A DNA stretch of 64,000 nt, taken from contig OZ242029.1 of NCBI GenBank assembly GCA_965205015.1, positions 4,832,001 through 4,896,000 of the forward strand. The letters run 5' to 3'. This DNA comes from Candidatus Poribacteria bacterium. GTDB lineage: Bacteria > Poribacteria > WGA-4E > WGA-3G. The translations under genes were made by a program, and so were the position numbers. This document shows, piece by piece, positions 11,250-20,075 of this stretch (the first letter of the stretch is position 1; the number at the start of each line of letters is the position of its first letter). The notes below the pieces were generated by a model. It worked only from the letters and a program-made list of their open reading frames with translations. It ran no database searches and was not told where the DNA came from.

Positions 11250-11308
11250 CAATGGTTCACCTATACCCATTTTCGGATGCACTTTTGCCTGTTCCTCTGA
11301 AAAAATTA
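11250..11308 (-). repeat. 59-bp direct repeat, copy A (putative regulatory box)
   Basis: 51/59 identical to 11489..11547 by manual alignment; core CATTTTCGGATGCACTTTTG. Confidence 0.8.
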
Positions 11309-11348
11309 AAAAAATAAGGGACAGAGGGGTTTCAACCCCCCGTCCCTT
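11308..11348 (-). terminator. Intrinsic terminator
   Basis: AAGGGACGGGGGG-TTGAA-ACCCCTCTGTCCCTT followed by ATTTTTTT on the minus strand. Confidence 0.8.
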
Positions 11349-11393
11349 TCCAAAGCGTGTGACACTCGGTGCCACACCCATAAGGGCGTAACA

Positions 11394-11429
11394 CTAATAA
11401 GTGCCACACCTCCTCTGGTTTGCTAACAT
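11394..11429 (-). CDS. Putative 11-aa leader peptide MLANQRRCGTY
   Basis: AAGGAGGT 7 nt upstream of the ATG; 3' half overlaps alternative hairpins. Confidence 0.5.
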   Translation of the reverse strand: MLANQRRCGTY

Positions 11430-11488
11430 AACAAATACCTCCTTTTCCGCAATACAGCGGTATTAGGATACCATCATCATAAAAATGA

Positions 11489-11547
11489 CAATGGTTCACC
11501 TAAACACATTTTCGGATGCACTTTTGGAGGTTTCTGCGAAAAAATTA
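11489..11547 (-). repeat. 59-bp direct repeat, copy B
   Basis: Matches copy A; begins at the GNAT stop codon. Confidence 0.8.
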
Positions 11548-12375
11548 TTCTTCGGGATCAAAAAATATTTTGAGTGGGGCACTCAACTGTGGCGTAACGT
11601 CCTCTTCATCTACCACCTTCTCACCGCTCCATTCGCTGTGCTCAATGCCCATCGTGTAAACCTGTTCTGCGGTGTCGGTGTAACTGAGGTATTGGAACCC
11701 GGCATTCTCAAAACATATCAGTGCCGGTCCGTTGTCAGGTGATACCTGGAGTGTGATCTGTTCAGCCCCCAGTTGTTCAAATACGAAGCGGACCACTTCA
11801 ATGAGGGCATCCGTGCCGTATCCACGGGCGCGATAATCGGGTCGAATGATGACGAATTCGAGGGCAACCGTGTCTGTATCAGAGTGAAGAAAAGTAAATC
11901 CGATGAGAAGACGTGTCGTCCGGATCTCAATAGCGAGCGCGTGCATCCGTTCGTTTTCCATCCAACGGTGCCAATCTTCGAGAAACGTTTCAAACGAGAC
12001 CTGCGTTGCGTAGAGAAGATTCCTGATGCCCGGTCGGTTTATCCATCCCCAAATTCGACGGAGTTCATTTTCAGCGACCTGTCGGAGACGAATGCCGCCA
12101 CCGTGCAGCCGTTCTAACTGACGCAACTGACTTCTCAAGCCTTCCAATTGCGCCGAGTGCGCCCCGACTTGCGCTCCCGCGGCTCGAATCATACGCTGAT
12201 TCGGGCGATCCATGAATTGGGCTTGCTTTACGCGGTTCTGGAAGTATCCGAGTTTCTGTTCACTCCTTTCAATAATACGCATCAAGTTCTGAATGGCATC
12301 TTCCCATTTTTGTAGATCAGCGTTTGCGTCGTCGCGTGTTTCGGTCCGTTCTTCTCTTATCTGAGTTTCGTTCAT
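11545..12375 (-). CDS. GNAT acetyltransferase (RimJ/RimL-like) with N-terminal coiled coil
   Basis: RPDYRARGYGTDAL and DNGPALICFENAGF motifs; SD GGAGGGG before ATG 12375; 59-nt overlap with rsgA. Confidence 0.8.
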   Translation of the reverse strand: MNETQIREERTETRDDANADLQKWEDAIQNLMRIIERSEQKLGYFQNRVKQAQFMDRPNQRMIRAAGAQVGAHSAQLEGLRSQLRQLERLHGGGIRLRQVAENELRRIWGWINRPGIRNLLYATQVSFETFLEDWHRWMENERMHALAIEIRTTRLLIGFTFLHSDTDTVALEFVIIRPDYRARGYGTDALIEVVRFVFEQLGAEQITLQVSPDNGPALICFENAGFQYLSYTDTAEQVYTMGIEHSEWSGEKVVDEEDVTPQLSAPLKIFFDPEE

Positions 12376-13327
12376 ATCTCCCCTCCTTGAATCCAGAGAT
12401 CCGGAGGTAACTTTCATATCGGATCGGACTAATATCCCCAGTTTCAACCGCTTGCTTGACAGCACACGCCGGTTCGTGTTGGTGTGTACATGCGGCGAAT
12501 TTGCACTCCGGAATATAAGTCCGCATCTCCGGAAAATGAATATCTAATCCCTGTTCTTCATCAATTTCAAGCAAGCCGAGCGTTCGGATCCCGGGTGTGT
12601 CGGCGACGAACCCGCCGAATTCGAGGGGCAACAGCATGACCTCTGTTGTCGTATGCCGTCCTTTGTGGACGCGTGTATCCACCTCACCCGTGCGTAATTG
12701 GAGTCCCGGTTGTACCGCATTGAGCAGAGACGATTTCCCAACCCCTGATGAACCTACAATTGCAGAAATCCTATCCCGCATCACCTCCCGCAATTCTTCA
12801 ACACCCACACCTGTCACGATACTTGTATAAACCACTTTATAACCTAATTCTTCATATAATTTGAGTTCACGCTGTACATTCTCGAATTTCGCCAAATCAA
12901 GTTTGTTAATACAGATAACGGGTTCAACGTCAGATGCCTCGGCGGTGACGAGAAATCTGTCAAGCATCCGCAGTTTGAGTGTCGGATGCCGTGCCGCAAA
13001 GATAATGAGAAGCATATCTAAGTTAGCGACAATCACCTGCCGCCAGCCGTCCATGCGAATCCGCCCAAACTGGGTATCCCGAGGAAGACATTCCTCAATG
13101 TATCCACTGTCCGCTGTGGACATAGCGGTAGAAATGTGTACTCGGTCGCCAACGGCGACGAGATCCACGTACGGCATCTCCTTTGTCTCAGCGAGTCGCC
13201 GTTTTTCATCTTCAATGAGGTGGTGCCGCAAGGCACACGTGTAGCTTCGCTTGCCAACTTGTACCTCATAAGCACCACTTCGCGCTTTTATGACAATGCC
13301 TTCCATAGTTTGATTCAGGGGCGGCAT
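12317..13327 (-). CDS. rsgA: Ribosome small subunit-dependent GTPase A
   Basis: NKLD, GSSGVGKSS, GRHTTT, DTPG and CKFAACTHQHEPAC zinc finger; start chosen by SD GAGGAG. Confidence 0.93.
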   Translation of the reverse strand: MPPLNQTMEGIVIKARSGAYEVQVGKRSYTCALRHHLIEDEKRRLAETKEMPYVDLVAVGDRVHISTAMSTADSGYIEECLPRDTQFGRIRMDGWRQVIVANLDMLLIIFAARHPTLKLRMLDRFLVTAEASDVEPVICINKLDLAKFENVQRELKLYEELGYKVVYTSIVTGVGVEELREVMRDRISAIVGSSGVGKSSLLNAVQPGLQLRTGEVDTRVHKGRHTTTEVMLLPLEFGGFVADTPGIRTLGLLEIDEEQGLDIHFPEMRTYIPECKFAACTHQHEPACAVKQAVETGDISPIRYESYLRISGFKEGRYERNSDKRRTDRNTRRRKR

Positions 13328-13352
13328 CAAAGAACTCCTCATGCAACAGCAG

Positions 13353-13616
13353 CTAAGCGCCAGGATTCCGCCAGACAATGCGCCCGCGCGTCAGGTCATA
13401 CGGGGAAAGTTCAAGGGTCACCTGATCGCCAGGAAGCACCCAAATTCTGTGCTGCATTAGTTTTCCAGCGAGATATGCCACAACTTTGTGGTCATTCTCG
13501 TCCAATTTCACCTGAAATAGGTTCCCCGGTAGAGATTCCATAACAGTTCCGAGGACGCGGATCGCCGCGTCTTTAGAGGCTTCACGGGTCTTGGTTGTCG
13601 CGTTTTCATTTTTCAT
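13353..13616 (-). CDS. infA: Translation initiation factor IF-1 (divergent)
   Basis: [18 protein letters not shown] motif; SD GAGGAG. Confidence 0.9.
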   Translation of the reverse strand: MKNENATTKTREASKDAAIRVLGTVMESLPGNLFQVKLDENDHKVVAYLAGKLMQHRIWVLPGDQVTLELSPYDLTRGRIVWRNPGA

Positions 13617-13703
13617 TTTCTATTCTCCTCTTTTTTTAATGACTCTTTGTTACCTTTAACATTATATTGGATGCACTTTATTAACGAATTGTTCGGAAAA
13701 AAG

Positions 13704-13732
13704 TTGACATCCAGCCTGAAAAGTTGTAAAAT
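13704..13732 (+). promoter_or_regulatory. sigma70 promoter
   Basis: TTGACA-N17-TAAAAT. Confidence 0.65.
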
Positions 13733-13781
13733 ACACAAGTAGGAGATTCCATTTCGAGTTTTTTAGAAAAGGAGAAAAATA

Positions 13782-14585
13782 ATGAGCCAAGCCTTACCGC
13801 TTGTAGCCTATCCTGACCTCGAAGGCCAAGTCAAGGCGATGGAGGATGACGGATACGCCTACTTACCGAAAGTTATCGAAGGCGAACAACTTGCGGAACT
13901 TCGTGCCGCCATGGATCGGTTAACCGCAATATCTGAGAGTTTCGATCGGCACGGCACGCCAGAGAATGGCAACGGTTTCCTTAACAAACACATCAACAAC
14001 GCCTTCAACCGTGACCCGGTTTTCCTACAATATCTCGACCTGTCTCCAGTGATCGAATTGGCAGAGGCAGTGCACGGCGACGATTGTCACGTCATCGGTA
14101 TGACAGCATGGGTAACGGGACCTGGGCGTCCCGATCAAGGGTTACATGCAGATTGGCTGCCGATCCCCCTGCCAGCGGATATTCTGGAAGACCCGCGCGT
14201 CAAGGTGCCTATTTTCATTTCAACGGCACACTACTACTTAGATGACCTTTACGAAGACCTCGGTCCAACAAAATTCATTCCCGGTAGCCATCTTTCCGGA
14301 CGGAGACCTGACGGCGAGACAGAGTGGAAAGGGGCGACAGAAAAGAGTATCCTCTGCAATAGTGGGGATGTCGTGATTTTCCGGAGCGAAGTCTGGCATC
14401 GCGGTACAGCAAACCGTAGCGACCAAACGCGTTACCTCTTACAGGTACATTACGCGAATCGGATGATCACTCAGAAATATCCACCCTATCTGAACCGGTT
14501 TCAGTTCAACGATGAAATCTTGGAACAGGCAACGGAACGTCAACAACGATTAATGGGCAATCATCGCCCCGGTGCCTACGATTGA
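13782..14585 (+). CDS. Phytanoyl-CoA dioxygenase (PhyH) family protein
   Basis: LHAD, GPTKFIPGSH and WHRGTAN motifs (HxD...H triad). Confidence 0.9.
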   Translation: MSQALPLVAYPDLEGQVKAMEDDGYAYLPKVIEGEQLAELRAAMDRLTAISESFDRHGTPENGNGFLNKHINNAFNRDPVFLQYLDLSPVIELAEAVHGDDCHVIGMTAWVTGPGRPDQGLHADWLPIPLPADILEDPRVKVPIFISTAHYYLDDLYEDLGPTKFIPGSHLSGRRPDGETEWKGATEKSILCNSGDVVIFRSEVWHRGTANRSDQTRYLLQVHYANRMITQKYPPYLNRFQFNDEILEQATERQQRLMGNHRPGAYD

Positions 14586-14635
14586 TTCCAAATTTTTCAG
14601 CGCACAATGACCTCCACCGAGGATAACAGTTTCGT

Positions 14636-15556
14636 TTGAATAGAAAAGAGACCATCGGGACACCGCCAACACCCAGCGTCATCAGCGAGGAGCCGCACGG
14701 AAAAATTATTGCCCTCAGTTTGCTCCTCGCGTTTCTTTGGGGCGGGAATTCGCCCTCCATAAAAATCGGATTGGCAGACTTCCCTCCAATGGCATTGGCG
14801 TTCCTCCGTTTCGTGATTGGGCTTGTCGTTATCGGAGGCTGGGCACTCTATCGCGGTGTCTCACTTCGTTTGCGTAAGGGTGAACTCCCTCGACTGCTGT
14901 TGCTCACAACGATCTTCATCCTCCAAATTATCTGCTTGAACACCGGTACCCTATACACGACGGCATCCCGATCCACGATTTTTATTAACGTCTATCCGTT
15001 TTTCACCGCACTTTTTGCGCATTTCTGGATACCCGGCGAACGTCTCTCCGTTCCAAAGACCTTGGGAATCGTTGTCGCTTTCAGTGGTGTCTTCGTAACC
15101 GTTGCCCCGAACCTCGGAGAAGGCGAAACGAGTGTCCTCGGCGACATTGTCGTGCTTGTGAGCGGATGTTTCTTAGGCTTACGCGTCGTCGTGACGAAAC
15201 TGCTCATCCAGTCGATCCATCCGTATCGCCTCTTGGCGTGGCTGCTCACCTTGAGTCTCCCGTGCTATGTGGTCATGAGTCTCCTTTTTGAGCGTGGACT
15301 GCCGATGCAACTGACACTCAGGAGTAGTGCGGCTTTACTGTATCAAGGCGGCGTTATCGCGGGCTTCTGTTTTTTGGCGTGGACTTCAGTGCTTGAAAGG
15401 TATAGTGCGAGTAAACTCGTTGTGCTTTTTTTCGCAACCCCACTGTCGGGGGTTGTGTTTAGCTACGTGTTTTTAGGCGACGAGTTGACGCTTAGCTTAT
15501 TGGTAGGTGCCGCCCTCGTGGCCGCTGGGATTTATCTGGTGAATATGCGGCGTTGA
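14636..15556 (+). CDS. DMT/EamA transporter
   Basis: About 10 TM helices; LWGGN...IK and LGDELT motifs. Confidence 0.85.
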   Translation: MNRKETIGTPPTPSVISEEPHGKIIALSLLLAFLWGGNSPSIKIGLADFPPMALAFLRFVIGLVVIGGWALYRGVSLRLRKGELPRLLLLTTIFILQIICLNTGTLYTTASRSTIFINVYPFFTALFAHFWIPGERLSVPKTLGIVVAFSGVFVTVAPNLGEGETSVLGDIVVLVSGCFLGLRVVVTKLLIQSIHPYRLLAWLLTLSLPCYVVMSLLFERGLPMQLTLRSSAALLYQGGVIAGFCFLAWTSVLERYSASKLVVLFFATPLSGVVFSYVFLGDELTLSLLVGAALVAAGIYLVNMRR

Positions 15557-15559
15557 TGT

Positions 15560-15826
15560 GCTTAGAGGCACTGCTGGTAAGAGGAAATGTGGTCTCCCAT
15601 AGTGAATGGAAACCAAGATGCAGGGGATGAGAAGGCTCACGAGTGCAGGAGTGAGACCGATTCTGACTTTCATTAGGTTGCCTCCGGCAGGATCCACCTT
15701 TTCCCTTCAACCGATTTTACTAAATCTCGCGTAGACAGCCCCAATCACCATATAAAAAACAGCAAGAATAAAAGAAATGCCGTCAACCAGAACGCCCACA
15801 AGAAAAAAAGACTTAACAGATTCCAT
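15560..15826 (-). pseudogene. Internally deleted copy of the DUF1493-like/lipoprotein gene pair
   Basis: MESVKSFF start joined almost directly to LRDLVKSVEGKRWILPEAT*, then MKVRIG..., mirroring 17029..18245. Confidence 0.7.
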
Positions 15827-15871
15827 CTATGTCTCTCTTCTGTTGTCCGAGATAGTTTGTGTTGGCTCTAT

Positions 15872-16924
15872 TTACTGCGTTCTAAGAAAACGTTTTTCTA
15901 TCTCATCCTTGAACGATGAATGAAAATACCAGTCGGGGAAGTTCTTCAGAAGCTGCCTATATACCCATCGGGCAGCGACTTCATCATCCAGTTCCAAATA
16001 TCCCTCCCCAAGCATATACAAGTCATGAGCAAGCTCTATATCACGGGTCCCACTTTGCAGGGATATCTCAAGGAGCAGCTTGACCCGCTCAAATATCCGT
16101 CGTGCGGCGGCTTCATCTCCCAGTTCTAAATATCCTCCCCCAAGTACATACAAGGCATGGCTAAGGAAGCGAGCACGGATCCCACTTTGCAAGGATATCT
16201 CAAGCAACTCCTCAAGCTGCCCAAATGTCCGTCGTGCAGCGGCTTCATCACCGCGTTCCAAATACACGTTCCCAAGACTGGACAAGGCATCCTCAAGTAA
16301 GGGATCACTGACCCTATTCTGCAAGGCTCTCTCAAGTCGTTCAGCGAGCTGCCTAAATGCTCGTGGTACGGCGACTTCATCTCCCAGTTCCAAATACGTT
16401 TTCTCAAGATTGGACACGGTACTTTCAAAGAGGAAGCGATCATGAAACCCACGCTGCAGGGATATCTCAAGTAACGCCTCGTATTTGGCACGAGCTTCCG
16501 CATATTTTGCCTGCTTGAAAAGGATGTATCCCCAAAGATAGAGGATATCTGCCTGATCCGACTGGAGTGTCGCGGTTTGGTAACTCTCCTTGACCGCCGC
16601 TTCAGCTTTGATGTAAAAAGAAACATCCGCTTCCGTTTCCGCCAATTTGGCATAGCAAAAAGCGATACAGTATTTGAACTGCGGAATGTAACTGACATCA
16701 ACAACTTTTCTGGGGCGCGGGCGAATTTTAAAAGCTTGCTCATATTTCTCAACCGCCGCCCTGTATTCATCATCATATCGCAGGGACTGCGCTTCAGCAT
16801 ACAGGTCGATGTACTGATTCGTCAGCGTATTGGGCTTATACGGAAAAAGGCACCCACACCCGAGCAGCCCCACCGCGAAAACGCCAACAACGCATCTGCC
16901 TAATACCTTTATCAAAACATTCAT
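15872..16924 (-). CDS. TPR-repeat putative lipoprotein
   Basis: LLGC lipobox-like motif; repeated LG..YLELGDEAAARR helices. Confidence 0.75.
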   Translation of the reverse strand: MNVLIKVLGRCVVGVFAVGLLGCGCLFPYKPNTLTNQYIDLYAEAQSLRYDDEYRAAVEKYEQAFKIRPRPRKVVDVSYIPQFKYCIAFCYAKLAETEADVSFYIKAEAAVKESYQTATLQSDQADILYLWGYILFKQAKYAEARAKYEALLEISLQRGFHDRFLFESTVSNLEKTYLELGDEVAVPRAFRQLAERLERALQNRVSDPLLEDALSSLGNVYLERGDEAAARRTFGQLEELLEISLQSGIRARFLSHALYVLGGGYLELGDEAAARRIFERVKLLLEISLQSGTRDIELAHDLYMLGEGYLELDDEVAARWVYRQLLKNFPDWYFHSSFKDEIEKRFLRTQ

Positions 16925-17028
16925 AGGGATCTCCTTGGCAACCAACCCCCTCCGTGAACCCTCCTCAGTACTATATCATTGAACTTTCAGATTCCAGTTA
17001 GGTTGCCTATCACGTCCGAGAAAGCACT

Positions 17029-17625
17029 TTAATCGAGATTCAGATGAGCGCGCGTCTGATCGAAAATATCGTCCCACATATAGAAGGGGATCCCCCAGCG
17101 ATATTCCAGCCGGTCGGGGATGTCTGTCTCACTCAAACGGATGATAAATTTCAGGGGTGATATTCCTCTGTGCACATACGCGTCCATCTCAACAATATAC
17201 AGTTGTTCCGGTTCGAGCGGTAAGGCTTTCACCTTCTCTGCATAACCCCGTGGCACTTTCCCGTACGTCAGAGAAGATACGGTGGGTGTCGTTAGCCATC
17301 CCCAAAGTGCAACAATGATCCTATCCGTATCAGGAAAGGTTGATCTCAGTTCCCAAACCGTTTGGCGATCCTCCTGTAGTGGCAAATCCAACTCCGATCG
17401 CTTCTTGTGTTCAGAGGAACATAGCACTTTCTCAACTTTAATACCGCCAATCTGCAATCGTTTTTGAAAATATTGATCTCCATATAGACAAAACGTCGGG
17501 TTCATCAATTTTGACCCCGAATCGATGGCGATATACCCAGGGAGAGGCGTGCAGCCAATGGAGACCAAGCAGCTGATGAGAATGCCAACGAGGGCAATAA
17601 TGGCAATACCGATTCTATTTTTCAT
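17029..17625 (-). CDS. Hypothetical lipoprotein-like protein
   Basis: TAATG coupling to the upstream gene; MKNRIGIAIIALV...SIGC signal. Confidence 0.65.
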   Translation of the reverse strand: MKNRIGIAIIALVGILISCLVSIGCTPLPGYIAIDSGSKLMNPTFCLYGDQYFQKRLQIGGIKVEKVLCSSEHKKRSELDLPLQEDRQTVWELRSTFPDTDRIIVALWGWLTTPTVSSLTYGKVPRGYAEKVKALPLEPEQLYIVEMDAYVHRGISPLKFIIRLSETDIPDRLEYRWGIPFYMWDDIFDQTRAHLNLD

Positions 17626-18245
17626 TAGGTTGTCTCCGGCGGGATCCACCTTTTCGCTTCAGCCGATTTGACTAAATCTCGCAAATAAAGCGGTGTGAAA
17701 CAATCAGCCTCTTCACCCTCTTTTAGTTTTTCTCTGTCAAATAATAAATAATAGAGATCCACATATCCTTGAAACAGATTGCACCCCTCTCCACCGAAAT
17801 ATTCATAGGGATTAATCTCACTTGTATTTTGGATCTCGAATTTTTCACAAAATGCCTCAAGCAGTTCATAACCATCGTCACCGGCTATCCCTAAGTCTAA
17901 TAATAACGTGTCTGGATTGAGTTTTTCCTCTGATGTCAGCCACTGCTCCGCCACGAAAGTTTTGACGCGAGCGTAAAGTTCGGGATCCATTTCTTCTCGC
18001 GGTTTTTTCTCCGTTTCCTCCTGTGGTTTCTCCTCCGTCAAGGAACTCTCACAGTATGGACACCTAATAGCCTTTTTTTCTATTGCTTTTGCACAGTTGG
18101 GACATTTCGGTGCTGAGAAAAGTTTCGAGAAAAATTCGTAGATAGATATAATTATCGTTGAAAAAACAGTGACAATCAGAGAAATGAAGAGAAACAGAAC
18201 CATCGCGCCACAAACAAGGATAAAAAAAGACTTAACGGATTCCAT
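17625..18245 (-). CDS. TM, zinc ribbon and DUF1493/ACP-like domain protein
   Basis: CPNC..CPYC; LDLGIAGDDGYELLEAFCEKF; PLYLRDLVKSAEAKRW. Confidence 0.65.
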   Translation of the reverse strand: MESVKSFFILVCGAMVLFLFISLIVTVFSTIIISIYEFFSKLFSAPKCPNCAKAIEKKAIRCPYCESSLTEEKPQEETEKKPREEMDPELYARVKTFVAEQWLTSEEKLNPDTLLLDLGIAGDDGYELLEAFCEKFEIQNTSEINPYEYFGGEGCNLFQGYVDLYYLLFDREKLKEGEEADCFTPLYLRDLVKSAEAKRWIPPETT

Positions 18246-18257
18246 TATAGTACATTC

Positions 18258-18770
18258 TCAAAAAATATAGAGCCAACCCACCATGAGACTGCACCCTGCG
18301 ACAGCACCCGCAGAGGCTGCTATCAGCTGTCTGGAGCGCATTTTCTTGCTGTAGGCATTGACGTAAGCCTTGATATATTCAGGGTGCTTCCCGATCAATC
18401 TTTCAATCGGCGGGTATGGCGGGGTGTTGTAGTGCTTAAGAAGCGCGAGAAAAAAAGGGGAGGACCCCACAGCAATAAGCGCGCAGCCCACTGCTTCTGG
18501 CATGTTAGGGTACATTTCATTAGCGATGCACCCCGTCATCAGCCCAGACATTCCGCCAGCGAAAAATGATCCTATCCCCATGCCAAAAGGTATAAGCACT
18601 GTCATAACCTTATCCGCATCCTTTTTCGCATCAGATCCCGCCTTAAGACGCAGCGCATTTACGTCTTCTCCCCCTAAAGGCTCTTGCGCGAAGGCAAGAA
18701 GTGGAACAACAAGCGTTAGCGAAAGTATTAAAAAGCAGCCTTTGTTGATGTGTCCCTTGATTTTTGTCAT
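18258..18770 (-). CDS. Hypothetical membrane protein (paralog of 18813..19316)
   Basis: Shared AFAQEP..DAKKDADK and PPIERLIGKHPEY..AY motifs. Confidence 0.7.
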   Translation of the reverse strand: MTKIKGHINKGCFLILSLTLVVPLLAFAQEPLGGEDVNALRLKAGSDAKKDADKVMTVLIPFGMGIGSFFAGGMSGLMTGCIANEMYPNMPEAVGCALIAVGSSPFFLALLKHYNTPPYPPIERLIGKHPEYIKAYVNAYSKKMRSRQLIAASAGAVAGCSLMVGWLYIF

Positions 18771-18812
18771 CAGTTGTAATCTTTTTTTGTTAAATTCTAT
18801 TGTGTAATATAA

Positions 18813-19316
18813 TCAGTGTAATGCAATGAATAATACATCTGCAAAAGTATACGCCCAAACCGTTATGAGACCGCATCCTGCAGCAGCACCCGCCGAGCCT
18901 GCGATCAGCTGTCTGAATCGCATTTTTTCCCTGTATGCCTCAACGTAAGCCCTGACATATTCAGGGTGTTTCCCAATCAATTTTTCAATCGGCGGGTGTG
19001 GAGGGGTGTCATAGCGTTCAAGCGCGAGTGCCATAGGTAAACACCCCGCAATAGTAAGTACAGTGCCCCCAACATCTGATTCGATAGAAGGCAATGCGCG
19101 AAACGTCATCAGCAGACACATTCCGCTAGCGAAAACTGATCCCATCCCCGTGATAAAAGGTGCTGGCTTTCTCATATCCTTATCTGCGTCCTTTTTTGCA
19201 TCAGATTCCGCTTTAAGACGCAGCGCATTTACGTCCTCTCCCCTGAAAGGCTCTTGCGCGAAGGCAAGAAGTGGCGCAATCAGCGTGAGCAAAAGTATTA
19301 AAAAGCAGCGTTTCAT
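18813..19316 (-). CDS. Hypothetical membrane protein
   Basis: Tandem paralog of 18258..18770; SD GGAGG. Confidence 0.7.
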   Translation of the reverse strand: MKRCFLILLLTLIAPLLAFAQEPFRGEDVNALRLKAESDAKKDADKDMRKPAPFITGMGSVFASGMCLLMTFRALPSIESDVGGTVLTIAGCLPMALALERYDTPPHPPIEKLIGKHPEYVRAYVEAYREKMRFRQLIAGSAGAAAGCGLITVWAYTFADVLFIALH

Positions 19317-19352
19317 TTTCCCTACCTCCAGTTTTCAAGCAAACGTTCCACC

Positions 19353-19415
19353 TCAGCCTTGTGTGGTGAAAATGCTAACGCGGGCAATAATAGCAATACC
19401 GATTTTATCTTTCAT
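19353..19415 (-). pseudogene. Truncated N-terminus of the 17029..17625 lipoprotein family
   Basis: MKDKIGIAIIARVSIFTTQG*, TAATG-coupled as in the intact pair. Confidence 0.6.
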
Positions 19416-19996
19416 TACGTTGACTCTGGTGAGATCCATTTTTTTCCTTCAGCCGATTTGACTAAATCTCGCAAATAAAGCGGTCTCAGAGAATAATAAG
19501 GCTCATTTAGTTTTTCCCTGTTAAACACCCAGTAATAGAGCAAAACATATACGTAAAATGGGTCCGCCGCCTCTGGACCGAAATAGTCGTATGGCTCAAT
19601 CTCACTCATATTTTGGATCTCAAATGTTTCACAAAACGCCTCAAGCAGTTCATAGCCATCGTCACCCGCTATCCCTAAATCCTCGGCTAAGTGTGTGTCT
19701 GGCGTGAGTTCTTCTTCTGATACCCACGTTTGTTCTGCTATCAAAGCTTTGACGCGCGCGTAAAGTGCGGGATCTATTTCTTCTTGAGGTCGTTTCTCTC
19801 CGAGCGCACTCCGACAGTGTGGACACCTGATAGTCTCTTTTCCTACCCTTTTTGTACAGGTAGGGCATTTCGGGCGCGAGAAAAGGTAGTATAAAGTTCC
19901 TATCACCATATAAAGAACATTAACGGCAGCCGTAATACCGCAAAACAGAAGCCCCGCAAGGCAAAGATAAAGAAGAACAAACTCAACAGATTCCAT
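19415..19996 (-). CDS. TM, zinc ribbon and DUF1493/ACP-like domain protein
   Basis: Paralog of 17625..18245. Confidence 0.65.
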   Translation of the reverse strand: MESVEFVLLYLCLAGLLFCGITAAVNVLYMVIGTLYYLFSRPKCPTCTKRVGKETIRCPHCRSALGEKRPQEEIDPALYARVKALIAEQTWVSEEELTPDTHLAEDLGIAGDDGYELLEAFCETFEIQNMSEIEPYDYFGPEAADPFYVYVLLYYWVFNREKLNEPYYSLRPLYLRDLVKSAEGKKWISPEST

Positions 19997-20075
19997 CTAT
20001 GTCCCGCTCCGTTACTTGACCCTCCGATAAAATAACGTGAGTCCGATCTAACATTAGCGAAGTCCGACACGGTTT

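Noticed and set aside
11031-11381. 116-aa ORF from the track
   Set aside because: It crosses a terminator and promoter-like AT tracts; only the last 25 codons have a strong SD.
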